Assembly (NCBI GenBank): GCA_963575745.1 | Contig: CAUYUJ010000200.1 | Location: 1 to 64,000 of the forward strand | From: Prorocentrum cordatum | Taxonomy: Eukaryota | Length of the DNA: 64,000 nt | Direction of reading: 5' to 3' | Translations under genes and position numbers: made by a program | Shown here: in pieces, positions 13,001 to 26,500 of the stretch | Numbering within the stretch: position 1 is the first letter of the stretch | How the letters are laid out: every line of letters starts with the position of its first letter | Notes under the pieces: generated by a model | Told to the model about the DNA's origin: nothing | Databases searched by the model: none | What the model saw: only the letters and a program-made list of their open reading frames with translations

Positions 13001-13725
13001 AAGATCCTGGGGAAAGGCAACACTACGCACGGAAACGTGCCAGTATACTTGAATACCTACACACGTACGGATCACAACGTACATCATTATGTGACGACCA
13101 ATAAGGGGGACCGAAATGGTCCGATGTTATCCGACGTAACGATTAACCTGGATACCAATGCGTTTATTCAGGATATCGCAGTAGCCGATCAACCAACGGG
13201 ATATGATTGGCATGCACCACTACCTGCAGGGGTTGCCAACATAAGTACACGGATGTACTGGCAGCCCGAGGAACCGGTCATGCTCGGCAACGAGCCTGCT
13301 CAATCACCACAGAAACCTAGACGCGTCATCATAGATGACTGTCCTTCCCCCCTCCCGACTCTGGCGATTGCTGCAGGTACCCACTCATCAACGACGATGG
13401 GCACACAGACCGGTGAACAGGACGAGCAAGTCTTACCTATGGAGTCGCGTATCAGACAGAAGGAAAGGCTCAAAGCCGAAAAGGAAGCAGGCATCAAGCC
13501 CCGCCGCATCAAAAAGCACGTTGAAGATGGAAACGATGATTGCGGCGATGACTTGTCAGGACTCGGACGGGATCTTATGGCGACCTGGAGCACTGACGTC
13601 CCTGTCGAGCTGATTAACTCTGACGAGGAAGATGATATGTTCCTTACCCTCCCCAGATGTATGCCCGACGCACACGCCGACGTATACAGCATAGTGGCTA
13701 CTCTATGCTATGGCAACAACAATTG

Positions 13726-14370
13726 CGTGGATATGGTGGAGCTGTGTGGAGGCGAGGGTCGCATTTCAGAGCTTGCCTTCTCAAGGGGTCTCTCCTCGGG
13801 AGGCAATCTAGACAAGACCCGCATGTGTCGACCTGGGAGATCCCTCGGTGCAGCGAGCTGTAGACCACTAATTTGCAGTATGCTATGTACGAGTAGCCAT
13901 TCTACAGCCCAACTGCCGCACCACAGGACCACCATCCTACTACAACTACAAAACCAAATATGACACTTGGGAACAGCACCACAAAGAAGATTTGCCACAC
14001 ATAACCTACTGTGGTAAAACAGCCGGCACACAAGAGAATGCACGGAGGTGGTTTATACGCGAACAACCCACAGGAACATGGGTGGACGATCTTCCCCCAT
14101 GGAAAGAACTTGCCAACCGACCACACATCACTACCGTGCGCATCGACCAATGTGCGACGGGACTTAAGGATACGTCTGGTGACTATATCAAGAAGCCGAC
14201 AAATATCACCAGCAACGACGAGGCAATTCTTAAACCTTTTGAGCGACTCAAGTGCAACGGTCAGCATGTGCATGCACAGCCGTGCAACAAGGAGCTTTCA
14301 CTGGCACAAAATACACTCGACGACTGCAGTCTGCCTTTGTGGAAGCCGTCTATCTGGCGAAAGCCATCGA
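13726..14370 (+). pseudogene. C5-cytosine DNA methyltransferase-like domain of element A (frameshifted)
   Basis: VELCGGEG (motif I-like), VDL, ILQPNC (motif IV-like PxC, alternative frame ~13900), FIREQP (motif VI-like), IDQCATGL, KKPT, CNGQHVH. Confidence 0.65.
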
Positions 14371-15019
14371 TGATACGCGCGGAAACGCGCCTGCACGAAC
14401 TGCTCATGCCTATCCTGCCGACCTCCCTGATCAAGCTGAACCAGGAGAAGGTATGAGACGCATCGGCGACCGCATCATCCCAAAAGTGGCTACATGCCCA
14501 GCATGTATCGACAATGTCCGAAAGGACAGTTCATGACTCCATCTCAGTATACTGGCCATGCCCTGCATGCCAGAGGGATCTTACGAGAAGCAAGGGTGTT
14601 AAGAACCACCTCGACACGGAGCCCGGCAAATGCCATTTTGTTGAGCCATTCAAACTCCCAGATGATCATGTTCCCGAGGGCCGCACTGTGCCAGCTTGGT
14701 GGAACTCTTACCCATGCCTGGTGAGGGCCAAGCTTCGGCATCGGGTGGCCGTCAGGGTGCTCATGCCAGGCCACCGCGACCACGCGCCTTTGGGAACGCT
14801 GATCCTACATCTGGCGCTAGCAGTTGTGACATACTGCGAGACGCGCCCGAGCGTGGAAACACGCCCTCCGCGTCTTCGGGCGAACTATCACAGGTAGCGG
14901 CCCGCCGCGGTCGCTTACAAGGCATACCTCCACCACCAGATGCAGCTGATGAAGGAGACCGACTGCGGAGAGCTACGAGGAACCCTTTTGCCTCAACCGG
15001 CTCGGGGGCTCCACGACTG

Positions 15020-16100
15020 CCCGACTGGGCGAGATTTGACATCCAACACAGTCTGCAAAACCTCCGTAGTCATGAGCCTCACGTAGTCAAACAGGGACTC
15101 CGCAAACTGCACTTACGGTGGTATCATGCGAAGGAACCCAAGATGGGGCTGATCCTAGATAAAGTGGGACTGGATAGCGTGCGACTAAATATGATCAAAG
15201 AAATCTGCGACACATGTCGGGGATGTAGAGCATGGGAGCGCCCAGGTAACTCTACGCTACCTTCCGTAAGCCTTCCGGGAAATTGGCTTGACGAAGGCGA
15301 AGTAGATCTCATGTTTTACAAGAAACGGGCCATATTCCACATTATGGACCGATGTATTCGCCTGGCAGCAGGCCAAGAAATCCCCGATAGAGAACGTGAC
15401 GCCATACTCGACGCTTACCACTACTGCTGGATCGCCGATCATGGGCCCTTCAAAGTCTTGTTTTCAGATGGAGAAGGCGCCCTCAACAATGAAACTGCCA
15501 AGGCCATGATGGCGAATAAAGGTGCGACACTTCGTATCCGAGCGCCTGGCCAGCGCGCGACCTCGATCGAGTCACGCAATGGCATTCTTAGGGGCACTCT
15601 CCACATGATTGAGGAAGAGCTGAACAGACACAACATCCCCATTGTATTTACGAGAGTACTGGCCGAAGGTATCTTCGTCGCTAACGCCTTCACGCTTTAC
15701 AGCGGAGTATCGCCGTACCAAGCACACACTGGGCGACAGCCCTCTTTCCATCCTGACCTCGACACCCTTGTCTTTCCCAAGGGACCCGAGACGTCAGGCC
15801 ACGAACGCAAACGCTGTGTGAGGGAAGTCAGCCTGGGAGCAATAACTCAAGCCACGGCGGTTGCGAAGACGAATCGCGCCCTCAGGGCTAAAACGGCCCC
15901 AGATGGTGCTCGCCTATACTCAGCTGGGGACTTGGTCGATTATCGCCGACCTACGGCCACTAAGGACGACCATGGAGGCTGGAATGGCCCGTTCCCTGTG
16001 ATTCGTAACGTGTCTGAACGAGGACACGTCGTCGTCAAGGCAGGACCGCGTGAGGTAATTGTAATGTATTCTGGTGCTCGCCACGCGCTATACGTTGAAT
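15020..16100 (+). pseudogene. pol: Element A integrase
   Basis: LHLRWYH...CRGC (HHCC), EVDLMF, FSDGEG and IESRNG (DDE), SPYQAHTGRQP and WNGP in ORF 14696-16315. Confidence 0.9.
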
Positions 16101-17059
16101 GCCTTCTCACCAGGGAACTTGGCATGGACAACATGGCCATGCAAACCGTCCTTACATATGTGGCACACCTTGGTGCAGGGAAACCTGCCAAAGTCTCTGG
16201 CTATATTCCAGACTACAAGGGGAACCTCAATCTTTCCGACGACAGCAAATTTACCCGCGCGTGCATTTTGCACTGCAGTATTTCGTGCGAAACTACTTCC
16301 GAGTTGAGCGTGTAGTAGCCGTGAGATTGGCCAAGAGCGTGCTCAATCTACCTGCAGTGAAGTACGCCACCGGGTCTACACTGATCCACTACGACAACGA
16401 TGTGAACCCAGCCTTCCACTATTATCAGTGTGTAGGCACCGGCCTGAACATCCTTCAAATTACTGGTAGCACTCACTCCAGACTCATTTAGTGCCTGACG
16501 TCGCAAGTTCCTTCCCTAGAATTCCATGACGACCTTGCCAAGTATCAACACTTGGACACGCCGTCTGGAGGACCCGACCAGCCTGGAGACAGGCCCCCTC
16601 CAGACACCCCAGGTGTTACATCACCAAGTGAAGGTCGCCTGTCTACAATCTACGAAGAAAGCGAGGAACACGACATCGAGGCTGTGATGATGGAGGAGTG
16701 GTGCGATGAGCTACGTATGGACCTTCATCCCACAACGGTTATCGACGACTATCTCTGCTGCGTCCCAACAACCGTGCTGCCCGACAAATGTGTCTTGGTC
16801 TCAGCATCTGTGGACGAGGAAGATACCGTTGTGTCGGAGATGCTCGGAGACGAGCCCGAACTACAAGAGCCCTTGTTTGTCTTTTTATGCTCGACTACAC
16901 CTGACGAGGGTTATTTTCTTGACAGTGATGAACACGGTCCCTATGTCGGGCTATGTTTCACGCCAGAAATGTCAAATATCGTGTTGGATCAGACGCAACT
17001 CGCACAGCTCGAACCAAACATGGTCGCAACGATGAGAGTATACGTATCATCGGCTGCTA

Positions 17060-18130
17060 AACGTGCTGTGGTAGTCAAGGAAGACGACCTACTCACCAAA
17101 GCCGACATAGCAGCACATCCTAAAGAGGTTAGTGAAGCCTTGCACACCGAACTCAAGATCTGGCTTGACAACCGATGCTTTGAGATGTATGACCTATCAA
17201 AAGCTTCCAACACCATGACATCCAGATATGTATACAAGTGGAAGTTTGTGAAAGTAGGCACCGATAGTGTTAAAACTATCCGTCTTAGACTTGTCCTCCG
17301 CGGATTCATGGACACGGAGGCTTTCGATGTAGAAACCTTCTCGGGAACTGCCCGCAGACAGTCCCAGAGGCTTCTGGCAAGTGAGGCGGCATGTCATCCA
17401 TAATGGGTCTTAGCATCTATGGACATCGACAAAGCGTTCCTCAACGGACTGACGTATGAGGAACTTGCTCATGCCACCGGCGAGGAGACTCGCATGGTTT
17501 GCTTCACCCTTCCACCAGGAAGTGCCCAGGTGCTTCGCACCCTACCAGGCTTCTCTTCTTATGATGAAAGCCGACACTGCCTCAGATGCCTCAGGCCAGG
17601 AACGGGTGCAAAGGGCGCCCCAAGCGCGTTCTCCCTCAAGCTTCGTACGACAACACGAGCTATAGGCCCTACACCGACAAGCTACGATCCTGAGCTTGAA
17701 TTCAGTCAGGATCTGTTAGCGGCAAAACATGTTGACGACATCAATATGACAGGCCTAGAGAAAAACGTAGGCGACTATGTACAACGTGTCGAAAAGGGGT
17801 GTGTGGTAAATGTAAGCTCAACAAACATTCTTACACGAATTGCGCCGTTCGCTACACGAAGAATGAACGAGGGGGTGTGATCATGGACCAGGACGAGTTG
17901 TTTTAACAATTGCGTCCTATCACACATCCTGAGCTTACGGGAGCAGCGGCAGACGCCAAATCTACCAAATTCATCACCGACATGTTCGTTAGCCTGCGAG
18001 GAGCTCTCGCCTATGCCCTTCTTACTCAAGTCTGGCTCATGGTGTATGTGGTATCTCTCCAGAAGATCCAAGAGCCCACCAACTTATAAGTCAGACGACT
18101 GAATGCTGTGACGCGAAAGCTGACCAGCAG
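17060..18130 (+). pseudogene. pol: Element A copia-type reverse transcriptase (stops and frameshifts)
   Basis: SRYVYKWK, RLRLVLRGF, DIDKAFL, PGTGAKGAP, KHVDDI. Confidence 0.9.
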
Positions 18131-18164
18131 CCCGAAACGCATCACCTTCTCTCGGATGAAACCG

Positions 18165-18670
18165 ACGAATGAAGTATACATACATAGTGATTCGGGGTAT
18201 CGGAAATTCACCGGGGAGGAGGACGATGAAACCAAGGGCTACGGTATTCGTGGGGCTAACGTAATTCGGCGAGGAAACTCGCCCCAAGGCGAATCCGTCG
18301 TTCACCCCTGCGACGGACTATGCAAGTCACACCGACTGCAGGTGAGGTCCAGCTATGCCGCTGAGGCACTTGCAGCTGCACACAATCTTGATGAATGCTA
18401 CCCCACGCTCATCACTCTCCACGAGCTCAAGGCCGGAGCACTTACCCCACGACAACTACGAGATATGCGTGAGGTTGGAGGCCTAGCTATCAAAGTATCC
18501 CTTACTATAGACGCTGAGTCTGTATACAAATCGTTATCCAGCAAAGACCTTAAGATACCGACGGAACGTACTTTGCTGGGACATATCAGCTGGATACGTG
18601 AGCTCATGGATATAGGTATGGTGCATAACGTACAGTGGTGTGACACTAGAGACATGACCGCAGACATCTC
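18165..18670 (+). pseudogene. pol: Element A RNase H (C-terminus appears truncated)
   Basis: HSDSGY, RSSYAAEALA, IDAESVY, WCDTRDMTAD. Confidence 0.88.
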
Positions 18671-18786
18671 GCCCTTCAGTCTGGTGGTTGACCAGGCTGC
18701 GTATACTGTTTTCCTTGCAAGCAGAGTTGCGCACCTGCCGAGAGCCTAGCGACCGCGAGGCTTTACTCTGCGTCTCCTCCCCTCCC

Positions 18787-19020
18787 GACTTGGGTAGCTC
18801 TTTGGAGGATGTTATAGATAATCGGGAGTATAGCCTGCGCGTCGCTGCCTTATGGCTCAAGGCACGCGCGCCCTATTTGCCCGGATACTGACTTGGTATT
18901 CGCTATGTGCTGGAAAGATCATTACATCGATCTTATCCTATCTTACTCATCCACACCCCATATCGTATTCCTTCGACATGGAATTGGATGCAATATGACC
19001 TACCAGAGTCATTTTAGACT
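18787..19020 (+). repeat. Element A 3' LTR (may start as early as 18678)
   Basis: Matches 3501-3737. Confidence 0.92.
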
Positions 19021-19201
19021 AGGTGAGCGTGCGTTCGCTGTGTATGCCCATTGCTGTTTCTCTCTCGAGCGAGCGCCCCTTCGCTTGTGCTCACGGGCGC
19101 ACGTTTTTGACTTGAGGCTCCTGGAGAGGAGCGCGATCTGACGCAGATCGCGGGGTGGAGACATACAGCATACCACTGCGCTAGACCCGCCTAGACTTGC
19201 A
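19021..19201 (+). repeat. Element B 5' LTR, right part
   Basis: Homologous to 26707-26891, ends TTGCA and is followed by PBS TGGTAGCAC. Confidence 0.88.
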
Positions 19202-19239
19202 TGGTAGCACGAGCGCGTGGTGGACGCGGAACCCTACGA

Positions 19240-20890
19240 TGAACTCGAGTGACGATCTTCGGGAGAAGGTGCCAGGCTGGGACGGAGACCCTACGACCTG
19301 GCGGACGTGCAGGCGGAAGGCTTCCCAATGCCAGGAGGGCACCAAGCGAGAGGACAGATACCTATGCGGCCCGAGGCACGAGGCGCGTCTCAGGAGCAGG
19401 GGCGAGGTCACCGTCGAGCGCTGCGAGCCAGGCTGGCCCTCCAGGGCAGACGGGGTCGAGAGGCTCTTGGCATGGCTCGAGCGGAGATGCTCGCGCCAAG
19501 CAGTCCCTGATGTCGGCCAGGAGCTCGAGACGTAACGTCTGACGGCTGGGAGTACACTGACGGCCGAGGAGACGAGGATACCGAGGACTCTCACCATTGG
19601 AGTGCTGCAGCCCCAGGTGCAGATGCCGAGGAGGAGCTCGACGAAGTGCTAGAGGTCTTTCCAGGGCTCGCCCTCGGCTGGTTGATGCTCGCGCCCTCTG
19701 ACCTCGACTCCCGCGAGAGATCAGCGATCCTGACCGCGACCAGAGGGTCGCTCGATGTCAATATCATGCGTGAGAGGGCTGATATCGAGCTGGGGGGACG
19801 ATGACATAGCAAAGCGTGATGGACAGGCCACGTAACCGAAGGCATATGCAGCCCAGCTCGGTGAGGCTGACCGCGCATGGCTAGACGGCGAGGAGGGCGA
19901 CGTGGACGCGGGCAGTTTCGTGGCAGGTCAGGAACCTCCAGGGGCGCGCGATGAGGAGCTGGACCAGGCTGAGGCCGACGAGGACGACGTCGAGACGTAT
20001 TTGGCGGCCCAGCACGTGGAGGTAGAGGTCCTGGCCGCGATCCACAACGCCCGGCGGACCCTCCGCCGGACCCGCGAGGCGCAGGGAGACAGTCGCCTGA
20101 GCCAGGGCTTCTACCGTGGAGGACGACCAGCCAAAGCCAACCCTTTCAAGGGAGGTGGCCGAGGTGCCGGCGGAGGATTCCCAGCGGGGTCGCGCCAGCG
20201 GATGGGCAAAACCAGTTCGGAGGCAGGGGTGCGCCGCCGACCAAAGGCCAGGAGAGGTGCACGAAGTGCGGTGAAGCTCATTGGCCTCAGGACTGCCCCG
20301 ACCGCCATGGCCCGCGCGTCACAGGTGGCGCGACAAGCTCGCCAGGCGCAAGCGCGAAGGTGGCCGCCCGCGGGAAGGAGCTGCAGTTCAACCTCGCGGC
20401 CGCGATGGTCGGCGAGCAGGAGTCCGGGGGCTCGCCATGCGAGGCGATGTTTGCAGAGCATGCCATCCGCGAGGGCAGGGGGATCGTCGACCTGGGATGC
20501 GCGGGCGCCATGGGAGGCGAGCGCGCGCTCGACATCTTTGCCCGCGAGAACATGGAGAGTGCGGGGGGGCGAGGCTCCAGGAGGTGAACCTCAACTGCCG
20601 CCCAGCGTACAGCTTCGGGAATAGCGAGATGGGGCGCGCCGATGGCCGGGTGAAGTCCGGGATCGCGGGCGCGGGCGTGCAGGGGGGGCATCGCCGTCGA
20701 CGGCTTCGCGAAGGATGCCCCGATCCTCGTGTCCAAGAAGGTGCCGAAGAAGCTGGGGGCCGTCGTGGATTGCGACGCAGGTGTCGCAGTGTTCGTGGAG
20801 CTGGCCTCGGACGCCCCGGCCCAGATCAAGGAGTCGCCAGACGGTGGCCGCTGCTGCATGAACCTAGTGGGCGACCTCCTCGAGCAGAAG
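19240..20890 (+). pseudogene. gag: Element B gag and protease remnants
   Basis: EKVPGWDGDP; CTKCGEAHWPQDC knuckle at ~20256-20295; GIVDLGC protease motif at ~20480. Confidence 0.7.
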
Positions 20891-22239
20891 GTCAAGGGCC
20901 CGATCGAGCCGCGTCACCTCATTGAGATCAGCCGTCACATCTCGGAGCGGGGCTGGCAGAGTGCAGCTGCGAACCAGGACTCAGAGCGGTGCCGGGATAG
21001 GCGCGCGGTGCGAGATGAGGAATACTTGAGTCCACCTTCCTCCCCCGCTCTCGCAATCGCCACCATCAGCGAACCTTCGGTCGAGCCAGAATCGAAGGGT
21101 TAGACGGAGTAGTCGCGAGGTCCTGGCGGGGATCACGGACGCATTCATAGCCGTTGCGGCTTGAGCCCAGCGCGAGCTCCAGCAGATGGATTGATCGACT
21201 CTGTGGGGCTACCAGCGCCGCCAGACCTTCCATATCATCCAAATTCCCGGCCGTCGCTGGTCGATGGCAGAGAGATGTTCTGCGGCGGCTTCCTCGGGGG
21301 CCATCCAGTTCGCCGGCGTCGGGGCCGCGTGCCGGTGCGACTCGGGCGCGGGCAATGCCGGCGTCGCGCAGCGGGGCGCGGGGCTTCCCCGAGGCGGAGG
21401 CGGCGAAGGTGATCGAGGAGCTTGGCTTCCCCGACAGCCCCGCCTGGAGCACGGACGGGCTGAGGCAGATCATCTTGGAGAACCTGCGCCCGCGGAACGA
21501 GACGGAGGCGCAGAAGGCAGCGAAAAGCATCGGTTCCAGGAAGAAGGCCGAGCTGACCGAGAAGGCGACCGATGTCGGGCCCCGCGTCGCGCCGAACATG
21601 ACGAGTGCCTCGCTCAAGTTGGCGATCCGCAATGCAGTCCCCCAGTGGACCTCTCCGGGGCCGACCGATTACATGGGCTTCGGGAAGCGCGGCGCCATGG
21701 CTTGCCAGCAGGCCCCGGGCCAACGCCTGTCCCGCGCCGAGTGGGCCAAGAAGAAGAAGGAGGCGAACGCCGAGAGCAGCTGGGGGATCATCAGGTTTGT
21801 CTCGTGGCTCAACGGGGCGGGGGTCGCCCAGCCGGAGAAGCAGATGGCCAGGGGCTGCGAGGATGTCCTGGCGGGGCCGACCGCGGCTCGAGGGGGCGCG
21901 AGGTCATCTCGCCGAAGGACGGCGTGCGCTCCGATCGGGGGCGAGCTTGTGGAGGAGGAGAAGCGCGCGGCAGACGTCGAGGAGAAGCGGGCCAACCGCC
22001 GCGTCCAGGAGATGCTATCAGCGCTGGGCCAGCTCAACCAGAGGCTGGAGAGACTCGAGGGGCAGCCGAGGGCGCCGAGCACGGCCGACGGGAGCTTCCT
22101 TCCAGTGGGTTCCAGTCAGGATGGTCTGGGCGGGGTCTGAATTACACGACAGAGCTGGGCCCGAGGAAGCAGCGCTGGCTCGCGAAGTGCATCGAGGAGA
22201 ACGACCGCACCGAGGACCTCGAGGCATTACTTGCCCATG

Positions 22240-22860
22240 GAGGGGTCCAGCTAATACAGATGGCCTACAGTCCTGCCTCCATCCCGAGCCCCGAGATGGC
22301 CGAGAAGATTGGCGAGGGCGCAGTCCGACGCGCCAGCTCCTGGAACGGGCGCAGGCTGGGGGCCCCAGCTGGGGGCCAGAAGGCCAGGACCACCTCTGGA
22401 TCAGCACGAGACGTGGACCACTCTCGACGCTCGCCCTCGGCTTCAAGAGCTGAGGCCACCCGGAAGTGCCGACTCCAGGCGATCAAGGAGTACGAGGGCG
22501 CGGTGCGTGCGCGAACAGGCGGCACGGGGCAATCGCGCGCACTGGGAGTGGCCCATCAAGTGTGACAGGCGGGGCCGCGCCATGATCAGGCAGATGGTGG
22601 AGGACTGCGCGATGACCGTGGTCAAGGTGGCCCGAAGCCAGCTCGGGGTGAAGAACGAGGAGGGCGACCCTCTTCTGAAGGAGTGGCTGATCGCCGCGAC
22701 TTCCCCGGAGATGGCGGCGAGGATGGCCATGGGTGGAGTGTCCAGGAGGTCATCGCCGCGGCGAGCTCGCAGGAGGCGGACTCACCGCGTCCACGAGCTG
22801 TTGCGCACGCGAGTTTGCGAAGACGGCGGGCGCGAGCCATGATCGAAGAGAGCGCGCCAG
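22240..22860 (+). pseudogene. Element B degenerate methyltransferase-like domain
   Basis: QLIQMAYSPAS...SWNG, HWEWP (motif VI-like), QLGVKNEEGDPLLKEW. Same position (between PR and IN) as in elements A and C. Confidence 0.45.
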
Positions 22861-22959
22861 ACTACCGCGAGTTCATGAGGAACATGGCCGAGGCCGAGGC
22901 GCAGGAGGGGCGGGCCCTGACCGCCGGCAAAGTGAGGACCGAGTTCCATGGAGCACCGG

Positions 22960-25900
22960 CAGATCACGCGGTGGCTCACCTCGGCGCATAGGGGATCGGG
23001 CCACAGTTCGAAGGCCTCCGCGCTGAACGCGCCCTGGAGGAAGGAGGGCCTCCAGGTGCTACGCGTGGCAGAGGATCTCCAATGCGACGCCTGCGCCGAG
23101 GCTAACCGCGACCGCCCGACGCACCCGCCAGTCATCTTCGAGGCCATGCCCCCGAAGCGGAAGCGCATCCAGGCCGACCTGTTCGAGCGGGGGCGCGCTC
23201 AGAAAGCGAGGTCCAAGTTCTTATTGATCGTAGACGGGGGCTGCAAGGTAATTCTCAGCAAGCTGCTCTACAACATGGTGGGCGAGGACCGACGCAGAAA
23301 TCCAGTGTGGGCCGACCTGAAGAGCTTGCGAGGCACGTTGGTTGCCATGCTTCGGGAAGCCTCAGAGGATCAAGGTGGGCCCTGACGGTCCGTGGATGTC
23401 AAAGCAGGCCGCGGAGCACTTCGACTCCGACTCCATCGTGTGCGAGACGATCCCGGGGCGGGCCCGCTGGCGCACCTCCCTCGCGGTGGCCATCCAGGCC
23501 ACGAAGGGGGCGATGGACAAGCTCGTGGCGGAAAGCCCGGAGATGACCACCGAGGAGGCTCTGGCTCGGACTGCGCACAGCATCCGGGAACTCCCGGGAG
23601 GACGTTCGCGGCCATTTCCCGCTCCAGCGCGCGCCGGGTAGGGCGCCAGACCTCGACGGCCACTTCTTCGAGGGCGACTTCGACGAGCCCCCCTACGTGG
23701 AGGCCAAGGGGGCTGACAAGGAGTGCGGCGACAACTACGCGAAGATGCATGCTGCATAGCGGGAGTACCTGAGGCAGGTCTATACGACGGATAAGCCCGG
23801 AGGAGAACGCGAATAACCAGGCGCTTCAGGCCGCGGCACCTGGCACGTGGGCGCGCAACTTCCGCGAGGAGAAGGGCGAGACCAATGGCCGGTTCAAGGG
23901 CCTCGCGCGGGTGCTCGCCGCGGAGACCAGCCGCCCGGTGGACGGTGACCTCGGGGAGAGCCCGACCTTGCATCCAGGTCGGGCTGGGCCCGTGGTCTGG
24001 CCGGTCCGGGCGGGCCGCGCCATCGAGGGGGACTTGTGCCGGATCCGAGCAGCGTCTGCGCGCGAGGTTGCCGGCGCGGAGCTCGTGGGCGGCATGGGCA
24101 CCCCCGTGGACGGTGCGCACCTTCATGAATCAGGCGATGAGACAGGGGAACTTAGATTTCTCGGGCCACGACCCCACCGACCACGACGAGGAGTTGGCTT
24201 CCTGGGAAGGAGTGCCGGAGCCAGCGCTACCATTGGAGGAAGCACGCTTCGAGGGGCCGCCGAGTGAGTCGCCGAGGGGCCCACCTCTGCAGCCAGCGCG
24301 GAAGTCGATCCGACAGAAAGGGGGGCATCCAGGCGGCACTTCAGATGGGGCGAAGGCAGCGAGAGCTGCAGCAGCAGAGGAGACCATGAAGGAGAGAGCT
24401 GCGCTCATGGCCGAGGCCTCACCAGATGCCCGAGCTTGCTGGGCAGGCCAGCGTGCGTCGCTGGAGGTGTCGGTGGAGATTCCGCCTGCAGGTAAGGCCC
24501 CGAGGCAGGCCGCGAGGCTCGCGAGCACCTACATGGCGAGCCAGCTGAGGAAGGGCAAGCGGGAGATCTCGGAGAGGGCCCTCGCCCTGGACGAGGTAAA
24601 ACAGTTCGGCGTCGCGAAGGCCACCGAGGTGAACGACTGCGTCATCTCCTCTGTTCTGGAATTCCCACCACCAGGGGTCACTCCGTCACCAGTGGACGTC
24701 GTGCGCATGCGATGGGTCCTGGAGTGGAAGATGGACGAGACTACAGGCGAAAGGAAGCCAAAGGCCAGGATCGTGGTTCTAGGCTACATGGACCCAAGGT
24801 ACGAACGCCGCCCGATGGCAGCACCCACCGTGACACGGACGTCTCGACATATGGTGTTGCAGGTGATGTCATGGCTGGGCTTCAAGGATTTCAAGGCAGA
24901 TGCGACAGGAGCTTTCACGCAGAACCGGGAGATCCAACGCGACCTCCTCGCGATGCCTGTCAAGGAGCTCGCCGCCGCCCTGGGGTGTCCAACGTCGCCG
25001 CGATGAGACTTCGGAAGGCCGTGCACGGGCTTGTGGAGGCCGCCATTGAGTGGTTCATGACAGTCAGTGAGGCTCTTGAGGAGTTCGGCTGGGCCCAGAT
25101 GAGGATGGACCTGTGCGCCTGGGCGTTGCGCGGCGATGCCCATGGCCAGGGCGATCGCTTCGCCGGGGAGGCGCTGCAGGACTTCCTGGGCCCCGAGAAG
25201 CTGGACATGCTGGTCGCGGCGAAGGGCGACCTCGACGTCGTAGCCGCCGCAGGCTCGCGCGTGGGCGACGTCCTGACTGGGGGGGGAGAGTCTGGCCCAC
25301 AGTGTGTATATGCACGCACGAAGATCGAGGAGCGCTTCAAGTGGAAGCTTTGGAATATGGACGAGTTCATGCAGACAGGCGCCCGGATCGAGCAGCGGGC
25401 CGACAAGAGCTTCCGCGTGGACCAGAGCGAAGGCATCAAGACCATCGAGACGGCAGCCCTGCCCCCCGAGCGCAAGAAGAACAGGGGCGCGCCGACCACC
25501 GACAAGGAGAAGGAACAGCCAAGGGCGATTCTCGGCGCAGTTGGGCGGCGCTCCGAGCAGTCGGGGCCCATGCGCTCAGCCGACGCCAGCCTACTGATCA
25601 GCGCGATTCCATCATCCACGGTGCAGGCCATCAACGAGACGAACCGCCGGGTCGACAGCGTGCGAGAGTGTGCTGACCTCCCAACAGTGATCCATAGCCA
25701 TTCCCAGACACAGGTGTTCGTGCCCATCGAGTGGTCGGACTCCTCGGAATCGAACCGGCCAGACTGGAAATCCACCAGGGGCCTGGTCTGTGGGGTGGCT
25801 CTGCTGAAGACCCCCCAGGGCGACGATACGGACGTGAGCATCATATCATGGAGGTCGGGTAAGATCGATCGTGGATGCTGCTGTTCAGTCGCATGCGAGA

Positions 25901-26290
25901 CGAGGTCAGCAGTGGACGGAGAAGATGAGCTGCGCGGAGACTAGCTACAGTGGCTAGAGACCTTGGGCAACAATATCGATTGGCGGAACCTAGAGGAGAC
26001 CCTTTCCAGGCTGCCAGCCGCCGTGGTTGTGGACGCCGAGGGCCTCTGCGACAATTTCCAGACGACCGCGTGCACCTTCGGGGGCAAGGAAAGGAGGACC
26101 GACGTGGAAGCGATGACCATGAAGGAAGGGACGACGGCCGCCAACAACTGGATACTCTGGGTGCATGGCGACGCCCAGCTGGCGAACTCACTGACCAAGG
26201 GCCACGAGCCAGGCCAGCTGAGGATGTACTACAGCAGTGGCCACAGGTGGAAGCTGGTCTACGACGCCAAGTTCCAGAGTGCCAGGCAGC
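22960..26290 (+). pseudogene. pol: Element B integrase, RT and RNase H remnants
   Basis: AHRGSGH...CDAC, IQADLF, GPDG; RMRWVLEWK, KARIVVLGY, ADATGAF, KAVHGL, RVGD (decayed HVDD); WSDSS, WRSGKI, VDAEGLCD, WVHGDAQLANSLTK. Confidence 0.85.
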
Positions 26291-26500
26291 GGAAGGCGGC
26301 CGGCATGTTCCCTTGTGAGCATGTGCCTGCAGGAGTGCTACGCGAGACGAGTTCAGATGCATCGGAAGGGCTACTCACAGCCTCATCAGGAGCCGCTCAC
26401 CACGAGGGGGACTTCCCCCGACTACGAGGCCGCGTCATGTGACAGCAGTTCGGATGAAGACCAAGACCGGAGTATGCTCAGCTTGGAGGACCCTTGTCCG

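Larger units (their letters stand above)
3501..19020 (+). mobile_element. Element A: ~15.5-kb Ty1/copia LTR retrotransposon with Tpt1/KptA, RING-H2 and methyltransferase-like cargo domains
   Basis: Direct repeats 3501-3737 and 18787-19020 (7 substitutions and one 3-bp indel by eye). AGGT duplicated at 3497-3500 and 19021-19024. PBS at 3738. gag knuckle, PR, IN, RT and RH in copia order. Confidence 0.95.
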
